From a virus (lineage: Duplodnaviria; Caudoviricetes): DNA of 64,000 bases. Position numbers and translations under genes: made by a program. Of this stretch, positions 37,132-48,212 are shown in pieces. The stretch lies in the IMG/VR virus record IMGVR_UViG_3300033475_000011, positions 1 through 64,000 of that record. One strand, 5' to 3'. Positions within the stretch are counted from its first letter, which is position 1; each line of letters opens with the position of its first letter. Under the pieces are notes generated by a model, which made no database searches, was not told the DNA's origin, and was given only the letters and a program-made list of their open reading frames with translations.

Positions 37132-40100
37132 GTGCCCGAAGGCGTCGAGATCGGCAAAGCCTATGTGACCGTCAACCTCGACGACCAAACCGCCAGCGAC
37201 TACGCACAGATCCGCACGAATCTGGAGCGGGAAACCCCGGTCACGGTCAAAGCGAAGGTCGTTTTCGACGCCGATCCGCTGGAGGAAACCCGGCGACAGA
37301 CCCGGGACGCGCCCCCCGTTGAAGTGCCGGTCAAGGCGAAGAACCCGATCGACGAAGCATGGCGGACACAGGTCCAGTCGTCGCTCAAGGCCGTCACCGG
37401 ACAGTCTCTCAAGATCCCGGCGACTCCGGACACGGCTGAATATCGTGCCCAGCTGGTTTCGACGATCACTTCGCTTCAGGAGCAGTTGAAGCAGGAGATC
37501 CCTGCGGATCTCGCTGAGGCAGACAGGTTCAAAGCCTCCGTTGAGACACTCGTTCGGGTCACTGAAGAAGAGGTCAATCTCCGCATCCCGGTGGATGTGG
37601 ACACCGACAGTGCGGTGCAGCACTTCCAGGAACTGTCGGATACTGCGGATGAGGAGACGCAGAAGACCGCGTCATCGGTCAACTCGTTGTCGCGGCGTGC
37701 GGCGATCGCGTTTGCCGCCATGTTCCTCGGCATGCCCACTGCGGCCGTCACGGCAACCGCCGCCACTGCCGCTGCTTTGGGTGGGATGGATGCGGCGTTC
37801 ATCGCCGCCGGCGCCGCGGCGTTGCGAAACAACGCCCAAGTGTCGGAGTCATGGCGTGGCCTCGGGGCGAACCTGAAGAGCGAAGCCGCATCATGGGCCC
37901 AGCCCTTGGTGCAGCCGTTCGCCGATTCGGCCGACGAAATCCAGGGCACTGTGGATCGGCTGGGGCCGATGATCCAGGCCGGGTTCTCGAGCAGCGTCCC
38001 TGCAGTGGGGATCCTCACCCAGTCGATCGACGATTTCGCGTCGCGCGCCATGCCCGGGGCGGTGATCGCCACCGAGAACGCGACTGCCCCTCTGCTGGGG
38101 CTGGAGTCAGCGTCCCAGCAGGCCGGTTCGGGTGTCACCGAGTTCTTCCTCAACCTGAGCCAGGGTGCGCAGTCATCGCAGGCGGTGATCTCCACTGCGG
38201 GTGGGATGATCCGGGACTTCGCGTCGTTCGCCGGCACCCTGTTCGCGAACCTCACCAACAACGGTGGCCCATCACTCAACGCGTTCCGCGGTGGGTTGCA
38301 GCAGGTGGAGCAAACCCTGCTGACCATCACCGCCAACGGGTCTGCGGTGTACGGGTTCTTCAACGGCTTCACCTCGAGCGTGTCCGGGATGCTCACCGTG
38401 GTGCGTGCCGCGGCATCGGTGCTGTCGCTCCTCCCGAACGAGGTGACTGGGTTCGCCGGTTCGTTCACCGCCACGTCGGCGATCGCGTCGAAGTTCGGTT
38501 TGGATGTGGGGAACGCGTTCTCCGGCATCAAGCAGAAGATCGACGACGCCGATGGGGCCGGGTCGAAGTTCCGGGCCGGTGTGTCCGGGCTCGTTGAGGG
38601 CGCGTTGAGCCCCGCCACGTTGGCGGTAACTGGCCTGTCGGCTGTGTTGATGATCTTGGGTCAGCACGAGCAGGACGTGGCCGCGCAAACCGCCGCCCAC
38701 ACCGGGCGTGTGCAGGACCTGACGGCGGCTTTGCAGGCATCCAACGGCGCGATCGACTCGAACGTCACCAAAACCGCGGCGATGGCGCTGCAGGATTACG
38801 ACGCCGGAGACGGAAAACGGAACCTGCTCGCCGACGTGAACAACCTGGTCGGCCCGCAGGGTGTCCCGCTCCTCACCCAAGCCTATTTGGGTAACACGGA
38901 CGCACAGGCCCAGTTGGCGCAACAGCTGCAGACCACGATCGCCGGGCACCGCGAGCAGGTGAACATGCTCAACGCGGCGAAGATGCCGTGGGACGACCAC
39001 ATCAAAATGATCGACGGTGTCGTCTACAGCTACGACAACACCGCCCTGTCCGCGCAGCAGCTGTTGAACATCATCGGCGCTGAGGGTGGCACGTTCCAGC
39101 AAGCGTCGTCGAACGCCGGCTTGCTGTCGCAGGCCATCAACGGTGTGTCGGCCGCGAACGTGGGTGCCGCGGTCGCAGGACTCACGGGTACGCAGGCCAT
39201 CCAGTCGCAGCTGTCGGTGTCGAACGCCGCAGCGGCGATCAGTGACCGGCTGCAGCAGGCGTATCAGCAGGAGGTGCAGGCGTCCCAGTCGGTGGCGTCG
39301 GCACAGCACAGTCTCGCCCAGTCGGGTCAGGCTGTGACGAACGCTCAGCACAGTGTGGAGCAGGCCCAGATGGGTGTCGCGTCGGCGTCCCAGGCTGTGG
39401 CGAATGCCGAGCACAGTGTGGAGCAGGCCCAGCGGTCTCAGCAGCAGGCGTTGCAGGGTGTCACCACGGCTCAGAGGTCGTACACGCAGGCGCAGCAGGA
39501 TGCGGTGCAGGCGGAGAACGACCTCAATAAGGCGCGTGAGCAGGCTGTGCAGGACTTGAAGGACCTGCACCTGCAGTTGGCGGACCAATCCGTGTCGGTG
39601 GGGCAGGCTCAGGTGAGCTTGTTCGATGCCCAAAACCAGGCCGCCGGCCTCGGGGTGACTCTGGCGAATGCGCAAGCGGTGTCGTCGCAGCAGATCACCA
39701 CCGCCAACGAGGACCAAGTCAAGGCCGCGCTGAACCTGCTGTCGGCACAGAACCAGCTGAATGACGCCCAAAACCAGAACTCGAAGCTGCAAACGCAGGT
39801 CAACGAAGCCGACGCGGCTGGTGTCGAGGGCGCGGCCGGGGTTGTGGCAGCGAAGAAGGCGTTGGCGTCGGCGAACGACCAGGTCACTGCCGCGGCGCAA
39901 GCAGTGACGCAGGCACAGCAGCAGGTCACCGACGCGAACTGGAACCTACAACAAGCCGACATTGGTTTGGCGAACGCGCACCAGGGTGTTCGGGACGCGG
40001 CGTGGAGTTTGCAGCAGGCCGAGCTTGGTGTGCGGGATGCGCAGTGGAGCCAAAACCAGGCTGCGATCCAGTTGAAAACGTCGCAGATCGCGCTACGTCA

Positions 40101-41352
40101 GGCGCAGGACGCGGCGTCCACGTCACTGGACACGAACACCGCAGCCGGCCGCCAGAACCTCGCTGCCTTGATGAGTCTGTGGGATGCGATCCAGAAGCAG
40201 GGTGGCCCGGTCCAGGACCAGTACAAGAAGCTGGTGGACGAGACCGCGGCTTCGTTCGGTTGGTCCGCTGATCAGGCCGATGCGTATCTGAAGAAGCTGG
40301 GACTGATCCCCGCAGACTTCCGTTACAGCGTCACCGCGGTCGGTCAGGTTGATCTAGGTGCGATCGGGTCGGCGATCAACAGTGTCGCCGGCCAGAACTT
40401 TTGGCACTTCGCCGACGGCGGGCATGTTCGGGGCGCTGGCGGGCCGAAGGACGACAAGATCAATGCGAAGCTGTCGAACAACGAGTTCGTGCAGCCCTCC
40501 GACGCGGTGGATCACTACGGCGTGGGGTTCATGGAGGCGGTGCGCACCAAGACCTACCCGAAGGGTGGGGACGGTGCGTCCCTGCCGGGGTTCGCTACCG
40601 GCGGCTTGGTGAGCATGCTCGACGGTGAGGCTCAGCTGGCGGTCACCGGAACCGCCTACCAGTCCGCGGTGAACGCGCTCGAAGTCGGTGGACTGCCGCA
40701 CCCTCCGGGACTCCCGGCATATGTGCCGCCGGACGCGACAACCGGCGCGATCTCGTATGTTGCCGGGTCTGGTGTTGCCCAGTGGGCTCCGCAGATCCTT
40801 CAGGCCCTGTCGATGCTGGGTCAACCGGCGTCGTGGTTGGGCACGGTTGAGCGGCGCATGGCCCAGGAGTCGGGCGGCAACCCCAACGTCGTCAACAAGT
40901 GGGACAGCAACTGGGCGAAGGGCACGCCGTCAGTCGGCCTGATGCAGGTGATTGGCCCGACGTTCAGGTCCTACGCCGGCCAGTTCGGCGGCACCGGACC
41001 GTTCTCGTACGGGGTGTCGGTTGATCCGCTGGCGAACATCTTCGCCGGCCTCAACTACGCGCTCCACAGGTACGGCAGCCTGTCTGCGCTGAACCGGCCC
41101 GGTGGCTACGACTCGGGCGGGTTCATGCTCGACAACCTGGCACTCAACTCCACCGGGAAACCGGAAATGGTGCTACCACCGGGGTTGACCGACACGATGA
41201 TGTCGATCCACAACATGGTGCAGCAGCAGACCCGGACCACCGGCGGCACGGCGGCCGGGACGCAGGTGTCGGTGAACGTATCGACGGCGGCGACAGACCC
41301 GTACGAGACTGCGCAAGCCACGGCACGCGAAATCGCGTGGGTGCTGCGGTGA
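37132..41352 (+). CDS. tape measure protein with C-terminal lytic transglycosylase domain
   Basis: About 1400 aa, A/Q-rich repeats; QESGGNP...GLMQVIGPTF..Y...DPLANI. Confidence 0.93.
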   Translation: MPEGVEIGKAYVTVNLDDQTASDYAQIRTNLERETPVTVKAKVVFDADPLEETRRQTRDAPPVEVPVKAKNPIDEAWRTQVQSSLKAVTGQSLKIPATPDTAEYRAQLVSTITSLQEQLKQEIPADLAEADRFKASVETLVRVTEEEVNLRIPVDVDTDSAVQHFQELSDTADEETQKTASSVNSLSRRAAIAFAAMFLGMPTAAVTATAATAAALGGMDAAFIAAGAAALRNNAQVSESWRGLGANLKSEAASWAQPLVQPFADSADEIQGTVDRLGPMIQAGFSSSVPAVGILTQSIDDFASRAMPGAVIATENATAPLLGLESASQQAGSGVTEFFLNLSQGAQSSQAVISTAGGMIRDFASFAGTLFANLTNNGGPSLNAFRGGLQQVEQTLLTITANGSAVYGFFNGFTSSVSGMLTVVRAAASVLSLLPNEVTGFAGSFTATSAIASKFGLDVGNAFSGIKQKIDDADGAGSKFRAGVSGLVEGALSPATLAVTGLSAVLMILGQHEQDVAAQTAAHTGRVQDLTAALQASNGAIDSNVTKTAAMALQDYDAGDGKRNLLADVNNLVGPQGVPLLTQAYLGNTDAQAQLAQQLQTTIAGHREQVNMLNAAKMPWDDHIKMIDGVVYSYDNTALSAQQLLNIIGAEGGTFQQASSNAGLLSQAINGVSAANVGAAVAGLTGTQAIQSQLSVSNAAAAISDRLQQAYQQEVQASQSVASAQHSLAQSGQAVTNAQHSVEQAQMGVASASQAVANAEHSVEQAQRSQQQALQGVTTAQRSYTQAQQDAVQAENDLNKAREQAVQDLKDLHLQLADQSVSVGQAQVSLFDAQNQAAGLGVTLANAQAVSSQQITTANEDQVKAALNLLSAQNQLNDAQNQNSKLQTQVNEADAAGVEGAAGVVAAKKALASANDQVTAAAQAVTQAQQQVTDANWNLQQADIGLANAHQGVRDAAWSLQQAELGVRDAQWSQNQAAIQLKTSQIALRQAQDAASTSLDTNTAAGRQNLAALMSLWDAIQKQGGPVQDQYKKLVDETAASFGWSADQADAYLKKLGLIPADFRYSVTAVGQVDLGAIGSAINSVAGQNFWHFADGGHVRGAGGPKDDKINAKLSNNEFVQPSDAVDHYGVGFMEAVRTKTYPKGGDGASLPGFATGGLVSMLDGEAQLAVTGTAYQSAVNALEVGGLPHPPGLPAYVPPDATTGAISYVAGSGVAQWAPQILQALSMLGQPASWLGTVERRMAQESGGNPNVVNKWDSNWAKGTPSVGLMQVIGPTFRSYAGQFGGTGPFSYGVSVDPLANIFAGLNYALHRYGSLSALNRPGGYDSGGFMLDNLALNSTGKPEMVLPPGLTDTMMSIHNMVQQQTRTTGGTAAGTQVSVNVSTAATDPYETAQATAREIAWVLR

Positions 41353-41353
41353 C

Positions 41354-41737
41354 CTATTTGAAATCGGCCAGGTAGGTGGGACACGCGTACGACACCAACA
41401 ACCGAACCACCTCGGTCGCCTGGGCCTTGTACACCTGGGTGGCTGAGGTGATGAGGTCGTCCGTGCTCTGCCCCTGCTCGAGCTTGCCGCAGATGCTGGC
41501 CGCAAGCTTGTCGATTGTGGCCGGGGTGGCGGTGGCGTCGAAGGGCGCGATCTTCGCGTACTCGGTCATCAACTCGGTGCGGCTGATCGGCGCCGGCGCC
41601 GCGGGTTGGTCGGTGAGTGCGGCGATGCCACTGTGATGCCCGGTGAGGGTAGCGGCGAGTGTCACCGCGATGGCGACGACCGCGACCACCACCGCGATGA
41701 TCGCTGCCCCTGTTTTCGCTGTCATACCAGCTAGCAT
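41354..41737 (-). CDS. exported/membrane protein with Cys pair (DUF732-like)
   Basis: N-terminal TM; LAASICGKL...VSYACP. Confidence 0.7.
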   Translation of the reverse strand: MLAGMTAKTGAAIIAVVVAVVAIAVTLAATLTGHHSGIAALTDQPAAPAPISRTELMTEYAKIAPFDATATPATIDKLAASICGKLEQGQSTDDLITSATQVYKAQATEVVRLLVSYACPTYLADFK

Positions 41738-41781
41738 CGCACCCTTTTCGGTCCCGTTACATGCCTGTCGAGTGGGGGTGA

Positions 41782-42675
41782 GTGGTGGCTGATCCTGACT
41801 ACTACCCGTCGTTCACGATCGGGTCGTGGCAGACCGGTGTCATCGACACCAACGGCGTGAGGTGGTGGGCATCGTCTCCGGACTATGCCGACGGGCCGGG
41901 CGTACGGCTGAATCAGACGGACAAGCCTTTCGCCGATGGGGCGTTCCGGATCCGGTCGTTCCGGGCGTCGCGGACGATCACGATCCAGGGTGGTGTGGAG
42001 TGCCCGGACCGGTATAGCGCGGTCCAGGCCGCCAACACGCTGAAAGCGTTGTTTCCAGCGGGCGGCCAGCAGTCGATGTTGGTGGATGACGGGATCGCGA
42101 CCCGTACCTGCACTGTCGAGCTCGCCGCGAACCCCAAGGTCAGCTTCATGGGGCCGGTGTCGTTCGACTTCCAGTTGCCACTCAGTGCGGTGGATCCCCG
42201 CATGTACGACACCGCCACCCTGACTGGCGCCACGACACTGCCGACCCCGGGCGCGACCGGCCTGAACTGGTCCCCGTCCGCCTCAGCCGGCTTGAACTGG
42301 GCACCGTCGGCCACAGGCGGCTTGGACTGGGGATCGGTCTCGAGCAACGGCGCCCTCGCCATGGCCAACCCTGGAACGGCCTCCACTTGGCCCACGTTCA
42401 CCCTGGTCGGGCCCCTGATCAACCCGGTGATCACCGATATCGCGACGGGCCGCACGCTGGCCTACAACGGCACCTTGGTCACCTCCAGCGACTACCTCGT
42501 CATCAACTGCAACCCGTTCAACCGGGGCGTGAAGCTGCAAGGCCAGATCGACCGGTTCCCGCTCATGACATCCGCGAACTGGATGGAAATCGACGCCGGC
42601 GGCTCCCTCACCGTTGCCCTGTCCGGTGCCGGGTCCGGCCAGTTGCAGGCGTCGTGGAACGCGGCCTACTGGTAG
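41782..42675 (+). CDS. distal tail protein (Dit-like)
   Basis: Follows TMP; RTITIQG, FQLPLSAVDP, NPGTASTWP. Confidence 0.8.
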   Translation: MVADPDYYPSFTIGSWQTGVIDTNGVRWWASSPDYADGPGVRLNQTDKPFADGAFRIRSFRASRTITIQGGVECPDRYSAVQAANTLKALFPAGGQQSMLVDDGIATRTCTVELAANPKVSFMGPVSFDFQLPLSAVDPRMYDTATLTGATTLPTPGATGLNWSPSASAGLNWAPSATGGLDWGSVSSNGALAMANPGTASTWPTFTLVGPLINPVITDIATGRTLAYNGTLVTSSDYLVINCNPFNRGVKLQGQIDRFPLMTSANWMEIDAGGSLTVALSGAGSGQLQASWNAAYW

Positions 42676-42686
42676 AGGAGACCCCT

Positions 42687-43844
42687 TTGTCGACGAACGC
42701 AACCATGGTGGCCGCGGACGGCGCGTGGACGTTTCAGTTGCAGAACACCGCGGTCGAGGGCCGCTACAGCATCGGCGCCCTCCTGGGGCAAGCGAACGTG
42801 CAGTCGTCGGCGATCACGCCGATGGTGACGTGGCGGTCCGGAGTCATCCCGTCCTCCTCCTACGCGGGTTTGGTGTTCGACCTGCTGGTGGCCCAAACCG
42901 CTTCCCCATCGCTGTCGGTCATGGTGTACACGGGTGCGTGTGTCATCAACCGCCCTGGTCAGGGCCCGTATCTGTGCTGGAACTCCACGATCAAGACCGT
43001 GACGGTGGATGCTGGGGACGCCACGAACCCGCGCCGTGATCTGATCGTTGCCCGCGTGTATGACTCGGCGATCGGGGACGCATCGACGACGTTCGCGATC
43101 GAGGTTGTCACTGGCACCCCGGCGGCGTCCCCTTCCGATCCGGCGGTGCCGGCGGGGGCGATCCCGCTGGCGCGCATCTCGGTTGGGGTCAACGCTTCGA
43201 GTGTTTCGAGTGCCAACATCGCGAGTCTGCGGAAAAGCACCACCGCCCCTGGCGCGGTGCGGTCCCTGCTCGAGGGTGACTCGACCGCCACGACCACGGA
43301 CGGCTATCTGCAGGGGGAGATGCGGTTCCGTAAGGGCGCCGGGTCGATCCCTGACATGGTGGAGTACTGGGGCTCTGACGGCACGTGGCATTCGTTAACC
43401 CCGCAGGATGTGGTGTGCCGCGTAAACTTCAGCGGATCCGTGACGATCGGGACGCCGGATACGTTCGCCCAAGGCGGATGGTCCGCAGTTGAGGACCCCT
43501 ACGGCATGTTCCACGGCGCACCCGGTGCGGGTACCTACAGCTACGTTCAGATCCCCTCGGACGGCCGGTATCTGTTCTCGTATCACACGTCAATGAATCC
43601 GGGGACTGGCAGTGTCGCGGCGACGATCTCGAAGGGCTCCCCGATCGTCAACAATTCGGTTGCTCGTGACTCGAAACCGGCTGTGACTACTGGTGGGGAT
43701 GGAACGTGGTGTCACGCGTGGCGTGAACTGCCGCTGGTCGCTGGGGACAAGCTGTATTGGGCGAACTGGTCGTCGACGAGCAGCACCATGACCGGCACGG
43801 TGCTGAATATCCCGCAGGAGATGTACGTCCGCAAGGTCAGGTGA
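42687..43844 (+). CDS. minor tail protein
   Basis: PRRDLIVARVYD...IEVVTGTPA..P..P.VPAGAIPLARI. Confidence 0.8.
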   Translation: MSTNATMVAADGAWTFQLQNTAVEGRYSIGALLGQANVQSSAITPMVTWRSGVIPSSSYAGLVFDLLVAQTASPSLSVMVYTGACVINRPGQGPYLCWNSTIKTVTVDAGDATNPRRDLIVARVYDSAIGDASTTFAIEVVTGTPAASPSDPAVPAGAIPLARISVGVNASSVSSANIASLRKSTTAPGAVRSLLEGDSTATTTDGYLQGEMRFRKGAGSIPDMVEYWGSDGTWHSLTPQDVVCRVNFSGSVTIGTPDTFAQGGWSAVEDPYGMFHGAPGAGTYSYVQIPSDGRYLFSYHTSMNPGTGSVAATISKGSPIVNNSVARDSKPAVTTGGDGTWCHAWRELPLVAGDKLYWANWSSTSSTMTGTVLNIPQEMYVRKVR

Positions 43845-43847
43845 GCC

Positions 43848-45005
43848 ATGGCTGACGGCTACTCCGCAGTCATCTACCGCACCACCACCGGGCAGATTGT
43901 CGCGGATATTCCGGTGGCGGATCAGCCGACGTGGACGAGGCAACTCAACCAGGCCGGCTCCATCAGCTCCCTGAAAGTGCTGCCCGGCTCGCCGGGGACA
44001 CCGGACATCACCCGCCTGCGGAACCTCATCGTCCCGAAGGTTTTCTCGGCTGCGGTGTTGTGGGGCGACTACGTGTGCCAGGCCGGGCCGATCTTGCCGT
44101 ATGACGAGGACGACACCTCGAACATGCTGCTCGAGTTCGGTACCGGCAGCTTCTGGAGCATCCTCTCCGACCGGTTGTTGCACCACCCGGATTGGGATCC
44201 CGCGTCGAAGAAGATCACGGATGCGTCCGCGGATCTCACGATCACCGACAGCCTGCCGAACATTGCGCTCACGTTGGTGCGGGGTTCCGTGGCGTGGACT
44301 CACCGCGCTGGGTCAGCGTTGCCGGTGGACATCCCCACCAACTCGACTCCCGCCGGGACCGCGGCCATGACGTACTACGGCTACGACATGGTCAGTGTGG
44401 GGCAGCGGTTGACCGAACTCACCCAGCTCGACAAGGGCCCGGACATCGACTTCCGCCCGTACCTGTACAGCGATGCGACAGGCCGTTATGTGCGGCATGA
44501 GATGCGGGTCGGGCGCGCCTCGGACGGCTATCTGGTGCAGCCAGGCACACCCCCGAAGTTCGACTACGGCTCGAGCTTGCGGGCGGTGAAGATCTCCGGA
44601 GACGGGTCGAGCGTGGCCACTTCGGCGTTCGTGAAGGGCTCCGGGGACCAGTACACGACGCTGTCCGGCTACGCCACCAACACGACCCTGACTGAACTGG
44701 GGTGGCCCGCGGCCGACTTCGTGGACCAGAACCACATCGACGCCACCGACCAGAACCAGTTGACCGGGTGGGCCACCGCGGACCTCGCGCTGCACGGCAA
44801 GGCAACAGAGCAGTGGACCGGGTACGTCGACTCCAACACCGAACCACGGTTGGGCTCCTACGAGCCCGGCACGTTCGGCACCTACAACATCACGGCGCAT
44901 CCATGGCTGCCGGAGGGCGCGTACAGCGTCCGCATCCTCGGCCTTTCCAGTGGCCGCGGGAACGGCGAGGTGATGCACATTCTTGAGGGCAGGGGGCCGT
45001 TCTGA
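43848..45005 (+). CDS. minor tail / baseplate hub protein (ReqiPepy6 gp37-like)
   Basis: TWTRQLNQAGS, GPDIDF. Confidence 0.75.
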   Translation: MADGYSAVIYRTTTGQIVADIPVADQPTWTRQLNQAGSISSLKVLPGSPGTPDITRLRNLIVPKVFSAAVLWGDYVCQAGPILPYDEDDTSNMLLEFGTGSFWSILSDRLLHHPDWDPASKKITDASADLTITDSLPNIALTLVRGSVAWTHRAGSALPVDIPTNSTPAGTAAMTYYGYDMVSVGQRLTELTQLDKGPDIDFRPYLYSDATGRYVRHEMRVGRASDGYLVQPGTPPKFDYGSSLRAVKISGDGSSVATSAFVKGSGDQYTTLSGYATNTTLTELGWPAADFVDQNHIDATDQNQLTGWATADLALHGKATEQWTGYVDSNTEPRLGSYEPGTFGTYNITAHPWLPEGAYSVRILGLSSGRGNGEVMHILEGRGPF

Positions 45006-46741
45006 TGGTCGCGACACCAAACACGGCGCGGGATGGCCTTGCGGCTATGGCGAATCGGATGCGGCAGATGCAGGCCCAAATCGACGCGTTGACCCGGCGT
45101 TTGGGTGGCACGGGGTTGCCGGATGCGACAACGCCGATGATCGTGACGGATCTGGCGGCCGCGGCCCCGGCGAGCGCGGTGTACCAGTCGGACAACACGG
45201 GGATCACGAAGGCCCAGGCGTTGCTGACCTGGACTCCGCCGTCGAATGACGACGGAACCACGATCACCGACGGCAGCCATTTCCAGATCCGGTACCGCAC
45301 CGTGAACCAGACTGTCGCCACGACGTGGGGGGAACTCGCCGCCTACACCTGGGGCGATTTGGCTGCGGGGACGTGGGGTAATCCGCTCAACAAGCAGATC
45401 GGCGACCCACCGGAAGGTGGTGTCGCCCCGCCCGGCACGAACGACGGCGAGTGGCACTACCTGCAAACCGACTTCGACTCGAGCGACTTCCTCGTCAAAG
45501 AGTTGACCCCCGGCGTGACCTATGACTTTCAGATCCGGGCGGTCGACACCTCCGGCAATGCGGGCGAGTGGTCAGCAGTGCAGACCACCACCACCCCCGG
45601 TGATGTGACACCGCCGTCGACCCCGGCGTCTCCTACTGTGGCGGGGTCGAGGATCGCTATCCAGATCACCCACAGCTTGGGCAAGGCTGGCGGCGGTAGC
45701 TTCAACATCGAGTCGGACTTGCACCACCTCGAGGTGCATGCCCAGTACGAGCCCCTTTTCACCCCGAGTGATGCGACGCGTCTGGGGAAGGTGTTGGCCA
45801 ACAACGGCATGATGTTGGCGCAGATCCCAGTCATCCAGACGTTCCCGATCGAGTCCACTGCGCCTGTCTACGTGAAGGTGATCGCGGTGGATGAGGCGGG
45901 CAACAAGTCCGCCCCCTCCCAAGCGGTCGGTGTCACCGCCGAGTTGATCGATGACGCCCACATCTCCGACCTCACCGTCGACAAAGTCACCGCCGGCACC
46001 ATCAACGCCCAGTGGCTCCTTGGCGGATCGATCAAGACGGCTACTACGGGTGCGCGATCCGAGATGGATTCGGGCGGCGTGCGGCTCTACGACCCGACCG
46101 GCGCCAACACAGTCAATCTCGACGCCACCAGCGGCAACGCAACAATCGTCGGCACCCTGAAGACTGGCCAAGACAGCGACCCCCAACGGATCGTGATCAA
46201 CCCCGACCCGAATGGTCTATCCCGCATCGACCTGTACGACGACAGCAGCACCAACCACACGACGCAGGTCCAGTTCGGGACGAACTTCATCCAGCAGTTG
46301 GAGACGAACGGAACCCGTAACGCGAACGGCGGAAAGGTCCAGTGGAGCGACTCGTCCGCCTGGTACGCGTTTCTGAACTCATCGGTCAACTCGTATCTCT
46401 GGCTCAACAACGCTGGTCAAGCCCAGTTGAACGCAAACGGTGCCGCGGTGCTCACGCTCGGGGCCGACGAGTACATCCAGTTGCGAGGGAAGTGGCTCGC
46501 CACCCCGATCAGCGGCCACTCCGCTGTCGTGGTCGGCTTCGGCGACAATGTGAACGCAACCGACGTTGTGTTCAACTACGGGGCAACGATGGCTGACCGG
46601 ATCAACCCGATCTGCTCCGTCTATTCCAGTGACACCACCAAGACATGCGTGATCACCAGCAGCACTGTGACCAATTTCCAGGCATCCGTCAATGCTGGCA
46701 TGCCGAACAGTTTCCACTGGTGGGCATACCGGTCCGCGTAG
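45005..46741 (+). CDS. tail tip protein with fibronectin type III-like domains
   Basis: LTPGVTYDFQIRAVD.SGN...WS; VKVIAVD.AGNKS. Confidence 0.8.
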   Translation: MVATPNTARDGLAAMANRMRQMQAQIDALTRRLGGTGLPDATTPMIVTDLAAAAPASAVYQSDNTGITKAQALLTWTPPSNDDGTTITDGSHFQIRYRTVNQTVATTWGELAAYTWGDLAAGTWGNPLNKQIGDPPEGGVAPPGTNDGEWHYLQTDFDSSDFLVKELTPGVTYDFQIRAVDTSGNAGEWSAVQTTTTPGDVTPPSTPASPTVAGSRIAIQITHSLGKAGGGSFNIESDLHHLEVHAQYEPLFTPSDATRLGKVLANNGMMLAQIPVIQTFPIESTAPVYVKVIAVDEAGNKSAPSQAVGVTAELIDDAHISDLTVDKVTAGTINAQWLLGGSIKTATTGARSEMDSGGVRLYDPTGANTVNLDATSGNATIVGTLKTGQDSDPQRIVINPDPNGLSRIDLYDDSSTNHTTQVQFGTNFIQQLETNGTRNANGGKVQWSDSSAWYAFLNSSVNSYLWLNNAGQAQLNANGAAVLTLGADEYIQLRGKWLATPISGHSAVVVGFGDNVNATDVVFNYGATMADRINPICSVYSSDTTKTCVITSSTVTNFQASVNAGMPNSFHWWAYRSA

Positions 46742-46754
46742 AAGTGAGTGTCGA

Positions 46755-47294
46755 ATGAAAGTGGAATACCACACTGTCAGTCAGGTTACCCAGCTAGGAG
46801 GGGCCCACTGGCAGCTACTCGGTACGCGAACTGAGGATGACGGGACGCAAAGGTCCATCGCCTACCAGTTTCCCGCTGACACGATGGAATGGCGCGCGGC
46901 GGAATACGGTCTGGATCCCGATGCCGACCGGGCCACACTGCTGGACATCGTGATGGCGGAATCCTTGCTGCGTAGCGAGGACTACGACGGCGGCTACCAG
47001 CTGTATGACGCCCCTGACATGACGACTGCCCGCGAGCATCATGTGGCGCGATGCGCAAGAGCGAAGCTGCGTTGCCGGTTATCCACCCGCGGGAAGGATC
47101 ATCTGCTGAACCGGGTCCGAGACGAGTCGCCGATGCATCCGGAGATCCTCTCCATCAAACGCAGCCTGGTTGCCAAGACCCGTGATGAGCATCAGAAGCG
47201 GAGGGCCGCGTTGGTTGAACTCAGCAGTGATGGCCATGAGCATCGCCGGCTGATGGCGTGGCGGGCTCAGCACAATGAAGGGGGTGACGCGTAG
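46755..47294 (+). CDS. hypothetical tail-region protein
   Basis: Position. Confidence 0.6.
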   Translation: MKVEYHTVSQVTQLGGAHWQLLGTRTEDDGTQRSIAYQFPADTMEWRAAEYGLDPDADRATLLDIVMAESLLRSEDYDGGYQLYDAPDMTTAREHHVARCARAKLRCRLSTRGKDHLLNRVRDESPMHPEILSIKRSLVAKTRDEHQKRRAALVELSSDGHEHRRLMAWRAQHNEGGDA

Positions 47295-48205
47295 TGGCAA
47301 CGTCCACGACGCGCTTGGGACTGCGAAAACCAGCCAGCAGTGACGATGTCACTGTCGACACGGACCTGGGCAGCAACTTCGATGCGATCGACGCCGCAGC
47401 GGGATTCACGTCTTGCACCTCCGCCACCCGCCCGTCAGCCCCGTTCGTGGGGCAGGCGATCTACGAGACCGACACCAAGTTGGCCTTCGTGCACAACGGC
47501 ACAAGCCCGGCCTCTGCCGGCTGGGAACGGACCGCGTTCAACACGATCCGCCGTGCCGCATCCACCTCTCCGCCCACGAACATTGTGGCTGGACACGTGT
47601 GGATGGAATCCGACACCCACATCTTGAAAGTGTCGAACGGGACGAACGCCGCATCGGGCGGTTGGGAGTGGCCCTCGATCCCGGTGGTGACAGGCCCGAC
47701 ACCACCGAACCCATGGTCTGGGATGGTCGTGTTCAACCTGTCCGACAACAGGTTATATCGCTATGACGGATCAACCTGGTATCCGCTGCAGCGGCAGGCG
47801 AAATACGCCCGAACCTCGGGTGCACAGGCTGTTTCAGCGAACACCGACACACAGATTGTGTGGCCATCCGCTATCGCTGTCGACAGCCTTGTGACCCCGC
47901 AGGGAACCAACAACGCATACTTCACGATCCAACCCGGCTTGTGGCTCATCGAAGCGTGCGTGCGGCGCTCCGCCGCGGGGGCGATGGACATGTACATCGC
48001 CATGGGGACCACGTTCGCGTCGGCCCCGGACGAGGGAAACACCATCGCCATGGGCGGTACTGGGGCGTTCACGTGCTCGGTGGCGGGCACCGTGAACATC
48101 ACGACGGCAACGAACATCACTGTGGGGGTGTATTCGGCGGCCGCGATCAACATCAACCCGTTCGGTACCAACGCAACACACATTGCCTTCACACGACTGG
48201 GGTAA
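47294..48205 (+). CDS. tail fiber / receptor-binding protein
   Basis: TTRLGLRKP, TRPSAPFVGQAIYETDT repeats, beta-rich head. Confidence 0.75.
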   Translation: MATSTTRLGLRKPASSDDVTVDTDLGSNFDAIDAAAGFTSCTSATRPSAPFVGQAIYETDTKLAFVHNGTSPASAGWERTAFNTIRRAASTSPPTNIVAGHVWMESDTHILKVSNGTNAASGGWEWPSIPVVTGPTPPNPWSGMVVFNLSDNRLYRYDGSTWYPLQRQAKYARTSGAQAVSANTDTQIVWPSAIAVDSLVTPQGTNNAYFTIQPGLWLIEACVRRSAAGAMDMYIAMGTTFASAPDEGNTIAMGGTGAFTCSVAGTVNITTATNITVGVYSAAAININPFGTNATHIAFTRLG

Positions 48206-48212
48206 CAAGGCT

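Noticed and set aside
38272-39900. 542-aa minus-strand ORF
   Set aside because: Antisense shadow of the tape measure repeats.
39230-40110. Short direct repeats such as CACAGTGTGGAGCAGGCCCAG
   Set aside because: Coding heptad repeats of the tape measure protein; no unique spacers, so not CRISPR.
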